From Xylographa opegraphella (taxonomy: Eukaryota): a stretch of DNA of 20,000 bases. Where the stretch lies: positions 237,576 through 257,575 of the forward strand of contig JALDZX010000031.1 in assembly GCA_022813865.1 (NCBI GenBank), given 5' to 3'. This document shows, piece after piece, positions 1-9,491 of this stretch. The position numbers were made by a program, and so were the translations under genes. The notes under the pieces are model-generated. The model did not search any database and was not told the origin of the DNA. It saw only the letters and a list, made by a program, of their open reading frames with translations. How positions within the stretch are numbered: the stretch's first letter is position 1; each line of letters starts with the position of its first letter.

Positions 1-1302
1 GGTCGAGTCCTGTGTTACATGAGTACCGATATCGTGTACCATAGTATTGACGGGGTTTATCGAAATCATCTTAGCGAGTGACGGTCCTGCAATATTCAGT
101 TGCGGGTCCATTTCTTGTGGCTGTGGCTGAGAAGAAGGTAGAGGACTGAGCAGTGAGCCTGGCTGTGGATTGAAAAGTTTTGAGGATGATTGAGGAAGGC
201 TAATTGGTCCTCCGAGGACTTGCGAGTCGAGTGGTGTTGGAAAAAAAGGCTCGCCCACCCTATCAACCTCTGGCAGCTGATCATCCTCAACGTCAGTGTC
301 GAATGGCCGATCCACCAGGCCAATGGGTGTGATTACACCCCAAAGAAATCCCACTAGCCGTCCCGCAGCACACTCTTGTCGAAAAGCCATCATATCCCAA
401 AATTGTTCCAGGCTCTTCACACTCCGCCATTTACCCGGCAATTGGGACTTCGATGAACTCTCCGTCACCAATAAGCTGTTCTCTGGCAGCTCGTCATCGA
501 GATCCACCACAAAGCGAGCCTTTGGATCATCTGGGAAACGAGGAATTAGGCAACGTTCCGGTATACCAGGCGGCTTTCCAAGAGCACGCAAAGGATCAGA
601 AGCCAGCCAACGAGAAGTACTCGACGGCTGCCGTTTAGCGTAGTCGGGAAAGAATGCCCTGGTTTCATAAGCATCACAACCAGGCACTCTTAGAAAGCCG
701 CGGGAGGACGCGATATCACGTTCGAACGATTGGTCACCATCACTATCGACAGACACGTTCTCGACAGGGTATGCCTCCAAGACTCCATCCAGTACCTTGG
801 ACCACCATTTTATCAATCCTCGATCATCAAGAACATGCTTCTCACTGTTCTCGATGCTGCCAGGGAAAAGGTACTGGTCTTGGGCCCTTGCAAACAGGGA
901 CAATACAAGTCGTACACCAGGTCTCTGCTTCCGCTCTACCAAGAGCTTGAGATAGATCGAGATAGTTGTTCTGAGAGGCGAAGGTGTACCGGGTGGAAGT
1001 TTCAGAAGGTGCAGGTATCCAGTGGAGTCCGCCTTGGACACAAATACAGTAGTGAGAGCTTTGGTGGTGTAAATCAAGACCTCAAGAGCAAATGCTTGGA
1101 CTTTCGAGCCGTTGACATCAATGGAGGCACTGAGAAACAGTGATTCGCAAAAAGTCTCTTCAGGAGCATGATCAGGAGCTGGTGGAAAAATTGGAGGGCA
1201 TGCGATTGGTTCTGAGCATAAATGATGTATCGTAAAGCTAAGGTCCTTGGGAAGCGCGGCAGAGAGCCGCTCTTGTAGAGCGCCAACCAATGATACAGCC
1301 AT
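1..1302 (-). CDS. RTT109: Histone H3K56 acetyltransferase Rtt109 (3' end outside window)
   Basis: Manual translation from the ATG at 1302 gives MAVSLVGALQERLSAALPKD...VLIYTTKALTTVFVSKADSTGY...SLFARAQDQYLFPGSIENSEKHVLDDRGLIKWWSKVL...CLIPRFPDDPKARF...FWDMMAFRQECAAGRLVGFLW. These are characteristic Rtt109 motifs. The segments I translated, including 1-120, are in one frame with no stop, which explains its absence from the ORF track. Confidence 0.96.
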   Translation of the reverse strand, partial: MAVSLVGALQERLSAALPKDLSFTIHHLCSEPIACPPIFPPAPDHAPEETFCESLFLSASIDVNGSKVQAFALEVLIYTTKALTTVFVSKADSTGYLHLLKLPPGTPSPLRTTISIYLKLLVERKQRPGVRLVLSLFARAQDQYLFPGSIENSEKHVLDDRGLIKWWSKVLDGVLEAYPVENVSVDSDGDQSFERDIASSRGFLRVPGCDAYETRAFFPDYAKRQPSSTSRWLASDPLRALGKPPGIPERCLIPRFPDDPKARFVVDLDDELPENSLLVTESSSKSQLPGKWRSVKSLEQFWDMMAFRQECAAGRLVGFLWGVITPIGLVDRPFDTDVEDDQLPEVDRVGEPFFPTPLDSQVLGGPISLPQSSSKLFNPQPGSLLSPLPSSQPQPQEMDPQLNIAGPSLAKMISINPVNTMVHDIGTHVTQDST

Positions 1303-1492
1303 AGCAAAACGACATGTTATCAGCCAGCAAGACTCATGCAAGTCGCCAACATCATAAAGCCGCCGGAGCGCTCGAAAAGAAGGAAGGCAGGCTTCATAGT
1401 GCGCGGAAAACGCGGTCGTGGGACAAATTGAGCAGGGATTATGTATAATGCCACTTTAGGATTAGCTTGGTAATTTTGGCGGACGAAGTTCA

Positions 1493-2439
1493 ATGAAGTT
1501 ATCGAAATCCTCATGCACTTCGAGAAGCGCAATGCCTCCACGAATTACGCTCTTGGGCTTAATTGGAGACAAGCGGGCCATATTACCAAGAAGGATTGTA
1601 CAATACCATTGTGAGAATGCTCCTACGAAAGTGAAGTCGGCGGGCTACGCTACCGCCAGCACCTACCAGAATGATCCGGAAGCCAGGCTCGAGGATCGAC
1701 CTCGGTGGCAGCAGACTCCGAGTAGAATGACTGCTCCAGTCCGAATGAGACAGTACAAGCCCAAAAACGAGTACCGAGTGAATGAAGATCCTCGGCAACT
1801 GGACCAAGTCTACGTACAGGTTTTGGGACCGGATGGGGACAAGGTACTGTCCGATGAGGTCAAGTGGCTAGCTGTCACACATAAGAGCTTTGATCAGGGT
1901 AGGAGGGGATACAATGACAGATTGGCATTTTTCGGTAGGAATACTGAAAGCTTCTGACCGATGAACCGAATTTAATCTTGGCTGTACAGGGAAAAGGATA
2001 GTGGATCTACAGTCATCTCTAGCGATTCTGAGCTCCCACGCAGCCACAGGGTCTCCAGCACCGCCACCGGACAGCTTCGAGCGAGAACAATATCAACATC
2101 CGGCCCTTGATTCCATACCTCAACTGACCGAGGAGGTTCGAAAGGATATTACTTCCAGAAAAAGAATATCAGATATTGCTCAACGGTACGGACTGCTCTC
2201 GGTCTTGAGGTGGAAGCCAAAGAAGGTACACAGTTCACATCTACTCGATTCCTTTGCTTTCACTACTGCAGGACTAACGAGGAGCCTCATAGGCTTCTGA
2301 TCTTCCTGGTTCCGGGTTGGAGTTGGCACTTGCTCAAGCTTTATATGCAATAGTAGGTGCGGTTTCACTGCAGAAGGGGGGCGAAGTTGCGAATAAGGTA
2401 GTGAGAGAGCGGATCTTGAGTCAGCTCGGGCTGAGTTAA
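1493..2439 (+). CDS. MRPL15: Mitochondrial large-subunit ribosomal protein mL57/MRPL15 (RNase III-like fold); exons 1493-1934, 1990-2225, 2293-2439
   Basis: Spliced product contains KWLAVTHKSFDQGRRGYNDRLAFFGKRIVDLQ...LRWKPKK|ASDLPGSGLELALAQALYAIVGAVSLQKGGEVANKVVRERIL. GT-AG introns at 1935-1989 and 2226-2292 (CTAAC branch) restore the frame. The basic, Ser-rich N-terminus resembles a presequence. The start could instead be the ATG at 1532. Confidence 0.9.
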
Positions 2440-2935
2440 AGCTCTTTGTAAATTTGTATAATATGCACTGCATTGTCGGCGCTTTAGCGGGTTCTACGCT
2501 CATAGATAACAGTATCGGGAAGCTCTTCCGAGAAGGGAAATCAAGAAGAGCTAGTCGGTATTTGCTGTATAGATGCGTTGTCGAGTTGAATCAGTAAAAT
2601 GAGAAAAGCGTAAAGACCGAGCCTTCCAAACGTGCCTGGTTTCTCATGTACGACCGCTTGAGCTTGCTGTAGGCAGGTCGGGAGTATCAGAAGTCTATAT
2701 CAGGAACGATGGAAAAGAATATCTGCCCAGTATTTTCTCATTTGACGATCCACTATCCACATTTTTGCTTAACAAAGATATTCAAGTTTAGTTATTAGTT
2801 AGGTTCACACGAGGTTCACACGGGCTTTGCACTTGACGAGTATCAATAATGAGTAGTAACAATTCCGCTGACAGCACGAAACATCGTATTGCAGTAGGAC
2901 TTTGAAGTAGAAGCCGACGTTTTCGTCCGAAGGTT

Positions 2936-3025
2936 CCAGTCTATGACCCTTTGAAATCTTTACTCTCAACGTCACAGATGATGCCAGTCCATGACCTTCT
3001 GACATCTTTACTCTTAAACATCACA
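2936..3025. repeat. Diverged direct repeat, two ~41-bp copies with a 48-bp period
   Basis: CCAGTCTATGACCCTTTGAAATCTTTACTCTCAACGTCACA (2936-2976) versus CCAGTCCATGACCTTCTGACATCTTTACTCTTAAACATCACA (2984-3025). Confidence 0.8.
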
Positions 3026-3483
3026 CCGCACAAAAATCTGTCCGGTCTCTCTGACACCGCCCGCGCAACAGCACAAAATGCTCGGCCAGCTCTTAAGAAA
3101 CCCTCGTAATCCCTCTTCGCAGCCTCCAAATCGCGAGTCTCAGCAATAGATGATCCAACATAGGTCCCGACAGAATGCCAGGCCAAGCGTGGGGCTGTTG
3201 AGTTGCACTGTCTATTGGGCGCGTGATGATAAAAAAGAGAAATCCAGCAGTGCGGGAACGGAATTCTGATATTTGCTTCAGAACGCGCTAGGACCAATTG
3301 GGAAGTGGCATAATTCACAGAATCGAGGGAATAAGACCAGGCAGCACCAGCACAGGCACACTTCTGATGAATGGTGGGAGTATGCCGGGTGTAAGGTTTT
3401 CAATGGTCCTTGAAAGTTAAGAACAGGTCGTTGTGTTACTGCGCGCATCAATCCCCCGCCCTCGAAGCTCCCACACCGCAGCC

Positions 3484-5370
3484 ATGGCCTCGGCGGTGTT
3501 CTTCCTCGACCTCAAGGGCAAGGTACGCTGCCTCATATTACCCCTATAGGGTTTGCGGAGAAGATCTAGGTACTGACTGCCGCTACAGACCCTCCTCGCT
3601 CGCAATTATAGAGGGGACATACCCATGTCCGCGGTGGAGAAGTTCCCTATCCTCCTCAGCGAAGCCGAAGAAGAGAGTTCAGCAGTTCCACCATGTTTCT
3701 CCGACGAGGGGATAAACGTGAGTGGATACCTAGATTCTAGGTCTCAAACATAGCTCCATCCCAGCCCAGGTGCTCCTGGCAACGGAGGATAGAAATATTC
3801 TTGTCGGTCATCCTGCATGAGAAAGCCAGCTAACCATCCCTTTCCGGCACCAGTACCTCTACATCCGACACTCTAACCTTTACCTTCTTGCTCTCACCAA
3901 ACGCAACACCAATGCCGCTGAAATCCTCCTCTTCCTCCACAAGATCGTCGAGGTCTTCACCGAGTACTTTAAAGAGCTCGAGGAAGAATCCATTCGCGAC
4001 AACTTTGTCGTAATCTACGAACTACTGGACGAGATGATGGACTTCGGGTACCCGCAGACGACGGAGACGAAAATCCTACAAGAATACATAACGCAAGAGA
4101 GCCATAAGCTGGAAGTGCAAGCACGACCCCCGATAGCTGTCACAAACGCAGTGAGCTGGCGAAGCGAGGGCATACGGTACCGGAAGAACGAGGTCTTCTT
4201 GGATGTGGTGGAGTCGTTGAATCTGCTTGTCTCGTCTACAGGAAATGTGCTCCGCTCGGAAATTCTAGGTGCGATCAAGATGAAGTGCTATCTCTCGGGG
4301 ATGCCAGAGCTGCGCCTAGGGCTCAACGATAAAGCGATGTTCGAGACGACCGGGCGAGCCACAAGGGGAAAAGCGGTGGAGATGGAAGACGTAAAATTCC
4401 ACCAGTGTGTGCGTCTCTCAAGATTCGAGAACGATCGCACCATCAGTTTCATTCCCCCAGATGGGGAGTTCGAACTCATGTCGTACAGACTAAACACACA
4501 AGTCAAACCGCTTATCTGGGTGGAGAGTGATGTCAGAAGTCATTCCGGAAGCAGGATCGAGTACGTTTTGAAGGCAAGGGCACAATTCAAGAGGCGCTCA
4601 ACAGCAAATAATGTGGAGATCTTGGTGCCGGTGCCATCGGACGCCGACTCGCCCAGATTTCGGACCAATATCGGGAGCGTTCATTACGCGCCGGAGAAGA
4701 GCGCCATCATCTGGAAGATCAAACAGTTTGGGGGCGGTAAAGAGTTTCTCATGCGCGCCGAACTAGGACTGCCTAGCGTCAAGGGAGATGACGAGCATGG
4801 CGGCGGCATGACAGGAGGATTTGGTGGCAGTATGGGAGGAGCCGGTGGACAAGGTAAAGGAAAGAGACCGGTGCAGGTCAAGTTCGAGATACCCTATTTC
4901 ACAACGAGCGGCATCCAGGTGCGGTATTTGAAAATCATAGAGCCCAAGGTGAGTCGTCCGGCGCGAAGGCGCTCTTCTTTATTTCATGATCACGTTGTGT
5001 TTTCTGTTGTTTGGTATCTGAACCATGCCGATCCAAAGCGGGCGGCTGCGGCCTGTTTTCCATTTGTGGTTCTGTCCCGCCGGGGATCCTGCTGCAGCAC
5101 ACCCATTCCGTCAGAACAACAGAACTCGCAGCCCGGTTTCGACCTGTCGATTTTCTACAGTACACGAGAGCCGCTGCACCGGCCACGCCTCCTCGGTCTT
5201 TGTCAGCTGAAAAATGCACGCTCTATCCCTTTGCGCGATCTTTGTACAACGTCAAATCGTCATGCACTAATTTCTCGTGCCTTTCGCAGTTACAATACCC
5301 CAGTCTTCCATGGGTCCGATATATTACGCAGTCCGGCGATATAGCAGTGCGATTACCAGACGTCCAATGA
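3484..5370 (+). CDS. APM1: AP-1 adaptor complex mu subunit; exons 3484-3522, 3589-3717, 3854-4948, 5290-5370
   Basis: MASAVFFLDLKGK|TLLARNYRGDIPM...|YLYIRHSNLYLLAL...IRDNFVVIYELLDEMMDFGYPQTTE...VSWRSEGIRYRKNEVFLDVVE...SGIQVRYLKIIEPK|LQYPSLPWVRYITQSGDIAVRLPDVQ*. Three phase-0 GT-AG introns, each with a branch motif. Confidence 0.97.
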
Positions 5371-5727
5371 TTGGCGTTGGCGAGAGTGGTGTGACGGGAC
5401 GCAGAGCCTCATTTCATAAAAAGAATGAAAATAAGGATCGTGTGGCAGTCATAGCTATGTAGTTATAGAGTCTGACGAAATTCAATACACGAAAACTTTC
5501 GTAATCCTTCATGCTACTACCGCCTTCATCAGCTCGTGAAAAGCAAGTCAACGTCAAAGCTGGAAACCACAAAAAAGACTCAAACGGCAAAGGCATCCCT
5601 GTGTACAAGACTTAGACAATGCGTCAAAATTATAACCGCCTCGCCAGCAAGCAGAGGAGAGGAATCCATGTAGCATTGAGGCAGAAGCGTCCAATGACGG
5701 TACCAAGGAAATAGAAACATCAGTCGA

Positions 5728-6667
5728 TCAACGAAAAAACGGCCCATAGTGGCCCTGTTCAAGATTCTTTAGTTCCGCTGCAGTGGTTTGAGACTGCTTG
5801 TTCAACCAGATTGTTATAACCATGCCCCTGTATTGCGTGCCTGTGGTAGGTATCAGCTTTGGCACCAACGGAAGCCAACATGGACTCACGGCCGTTCGAT
5901 GGCAGATTATATGGTAGCCATTGGTACGGTTGAACGTGGGCAGTCAAGGAAGTGTGAAGTTCTGCCGGCTGACGGACGAATGCCACAAGCCCAAGTATCA
6001 GGGTAAGCTTTCCAGTCAGACCGGCTGATACGGAAGGAGGATTCGGGTCAGTGTTGACGTTATATCTGTATTGCGCTGTGAAAAGTTCATTTACCCAAGC
6101 ACTATTTGGGAAACCTGGTGCAACAAGATGATGTTCTGAACCCGGAGGGTCGAAATCTAGTTCGGAATATTGGGGCCCATTCTCTGATAGTGGCACATGA
6201 TGGAACCCCAGTCTCTTCCAGCCATCATGGTTGACGACATTTTTGGCTCTGGCATCAAAGGGAACGGCGTAAAAGTGTTGCGTAGAGGGGTCGTGGGTGA
6301 AAATAGTAGCACTGCTGTATCCAGCTCCTATGTTCGCTGGTGAAGCATAAGTGATACGGCCGTTTGTCCAGCAGTAGAGATTCCCGTTGGTTTCAAGATA
6401 CGCATTCCAATGATCTGGTGGGATCCAAAAGCCGCTCGGGTCATACTGTGGGCCAAGAATCGGGAAATTTGGGTACAGGCCATCGATACGGAAAATAAAA
6501 CTGAGGGGTACTGGATATTGAGGGCTTGTGCGTGGTTGCTTCGAAGATTCCTGAAGAGTGATTAGCTGTGGTAGATGGGACAAATCTTCAACGACAGCTA
6601 CAAACGGAGCACTTGCCGACTTAGTCGGATATCCCGCTCGTCCAGTGCCAGGCTTCCATGAACTCAT
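5728..6667 (-). CDS. Hypothetical protein, family not recognised; probable exons 6667-6617, 6550-5890, 5840-5728
   Basis: 302-codon ORF. A canonical intron at 5889-5841 (GTGAGT...GCTGAT...CAG) shifts into a terminal exon reading R|TQYRGMVITIWLNKQSQTTAAELKNLEQGHYGPFFR*. There is a probable GC-AG first intron at 6616-6551. Confidence 0.75.
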
Positions 6668-9491
6668 TTCTAAGGTAACGCCGATTCTGAATTATGGAAA
6701 CAGAGTCCACGTGATCCTCAAATCGCAACTTTGCCAAACGATTTACATTCTCTCTACGCTGATCCTTCGGATTCGATATCTTATGCCCTGGATGCCGGCA
6801 GAGCCTCAATCAGGTGCTCAGCGCATGACTGGTTAAGGTCCGCAGGGTAGTGCTGGCCTTCGGAATCATATCGGCTGCCGTATGAACGATCCAACCACGC
6901 TATCCTTTCCATCCGGCGGCCCTAGTTCAGTCCTCGCTATCAGAAGCCCGATTGAGGAGCTCATTAAGTGCTGTCATACATTCACTGTGCCACTCCCATT
7001 CGCCGGCTTCGGGCCTGGGTGCGGGTGTAAAGCCAAGTTCCATTGTCACACATCATTGACTAGACACTCGCAGAGGTGCAGAAGCAAGCCATGGCCCTTC
7101 TCCTCCTTTTCATTATTGGCTCCCTCGGTTGGCACGATAACATGTTTAAGGGCAAGCCTGGCGAAAAGATGGCCCCCCGCATCATCATCTGATAGTGATC
7201 GACCACAATGGTTGGCGAACATTACCTCGATGGCCAACCGATGCGGTCTAAGAGCACGACCGATGCATAAACAGACAATCATCGGATGTTGATCATGTAA
7301 GTGGTGTGGCAACCTGTAACAGGACCCGGCTGTTGGGCATCTAGCGTAGACTGCTGCTGCTGGTCCAACACTCTTGAGACTGACAAAGTTGTAGCCTGAA
7401 TTGAAAAGGATCAAGCAAATAGTGCCGGGACAGAATATGATGTGATCATAGGAGCACTTGATGGGGAAACAGAATTTACCAGTGAATTGAGGCGCGGAGC
7501 CTCAATTTAATGACATCCGCACGCAGCCTTGCGAATGCTATCGGCGGTAGGTGGCAATGATCCTTCATCCATTATGCTCATACAAAAGTTCCACCAACAC
7601 GGAATTTATCCTGAAGCAATTTGATTGACAGTGACATTCGAAAACTTCGAAAGGTTGCAGAAAACAGGAAGCAATATATACAAAGACTGTCAAGGTAGGG
7701 GATGCACAGCAGAGAGGCTAGCGGAGATTGACTGCAAAGCCGGGCGTTGGCTGTTCCAGCGGCATGGTATCTCATTTGACAACCAGCAATCGAATGATTC
7801 CTAGCCTGTAATGATGCATTTCCTTTGCAGCAGACGGTAAGTGGAAACGAAGGTGACATGCTTGCAGCTGTCAGTGAGTAGTGAGTAGGCTGATCCGTTT
7901 CTGACTAGCTAGAATTTTTGAGAACGTGTCGTACGATATCATTCACTCGATATGTGACATGACCAATGAACCTCCTATTCGCCAACGAAGGACTTGATTG
8001 GTCGATCGCAGCTGATGTTGCCCAATAGTATTCATCTGGAATGGTCTCAAACGTCTGAGATATGTCTATATGCCACCGAAAGTCTCATTCAACGAAGGGA
8101 CTGCGGATACAAGTACCTGAACATCTGACCTGGGGATACTAGCATGGAGCCAAGTTCGCTATGACCGTCAGTAGGAACAGTGTCTGACGTCAAGGTAATC
8201 CTCGTATTGCAGAACATTTGTGTGGCTGATAGTGGAATGTATCGAGCAGAGCACATACAACATTTGAGTAATGAGTCCAATTCTGTGGAACTCATGTGTT
8301 CTCAACGATCCACTGATAGGACTGGATGATTACAGAAGCAGAATAGCACAAAGGATGTACGACTTCAAGGAACTTTTGAACGGAAGAGATTCAATCCATT
8401 CGAACAGAAGGTGTTCAATCCTATTCGCCACTTTCATGCGGTATAAGTGCAGATTCGTAGTACCTAGGCAAGCGGGACTCGACCTTGACGATGGGTAGTT
8501 GATTGATTTTCGTTCTGGTCGAGCAGGAACCCCTTACTGTTTCCACGTCAGCACCTCATCAAGTTTTCTTCTGCTATTTTTGCAGCTTCTTGATAACTAA
8601 GACAGATTTGGACTGTGTTGACGATGTGAATATTTATATCGCCATAGTCAACGCGACGGGAAAGGGAAGCCGGCCAAATGTACGTATCTTGCCCTGCTGA
8701 GATGAATTGTGTCACCAATTGCTCAGACATAATCGAAGGCACCGACCTCTCTCGAAGAGCAATTCATGCTTTCGAGGTGCTGGAATGTTCCGTTGGGTGA
8801 TCGCGGTCAAGACACGCCGCGTTTTGCAGAGCGACCAGAATCAACGTCTACATTTCCGGGCATAGCGAGTACCGGCTGCAGCTTCACAAGAGACGAACGA
8901 CTGCCTGGCACGCCATCGCTGGCAAAGGTTCTCGATCAGACGGTGAAGGCTTCAGTATTGCTGCACCTGGAGCAGGATGGCAACCGGCTCATGGTGTTTT
9001 GACAAACGGCCGATCTCAGTTATACCACGAAGATGGTCGAAGTTCGAAGCACGAAGCTGAGAGGGTGTGGAAGCTGACAGGTTGCAGTGCAGAAGACATG
9101 CGGAACGGCCAAAGCGCCGCAAGTGGATTTTTGCCTACCTGCCTTCGGATAGTCTGCGAACCACTCCAGACGCTACGGACACTTTCAAGGCATAGGGCTG
9201 AATGGAGCGAAGCTTAGGGGCTGGGTCTGACGCTCGTAAAGGAAACCCGGTGTCTTGAAAATGGGGAGGGTGAAGGATGGAGAGTGTATTGGTACTATAG
9301 AGGACGGGAGTCCCATCACACCGAAGTTACATCTTTCTCGTTGTGAGAAAAGGTAAATTTAAGCGATTAAATGCACTCGGTCCAACCTTTTCCTGTAGAT
9401 ATGGACCTAAGCTATTTCACATTTGTTTTTTAAGAGAACAGACTGCATCTAGAAGCCGTAGACGTGACTTGCAGGATATACTTCGCCTATC

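Noticed and set aside
2805..3318. GNA1/GNAT-like remnant (GHGLAS...SDENVGFYFK) in short minus-strand ORFs
   Set aside because: Only a few residues resemble the family, they are split over two frames, and they overlap a DNA-level tandem duplication.
4795..4865. Gly-rich insert GGGMTGGFGGSMGG in Apm1
   Set aside because: To my knowledge an ordinary feature of filamentous-ascomycete mu1 subunits, so not novel.
4985..5210. C/D-box snoRNA in the APM1 intron (ATGATCA...CTGA)
   Set aside because: Box C is imperfect and I recognised no rRNA antisense element upstream of either CTGA.
4948..5289. [D1,2] stwintron in APM1 (G|GTGAGT...CAG|TACAC would recreate a GTACAC donor)
   Set aside because: It would remove one extra exonic base and frameshift the conserved last exon, and the internal acceptor lacks a branch motif.
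6700..9400. Telomerase RNA, since the ORF-poor stretch is about the size of filamentous-fungal TER
   Set aside because: No TAACCCTAA-type template on either strand; the nearest is CCCCTAAG near 9213-9220 on the minus strand. No recognisable pseudoknot or P6.1 element.
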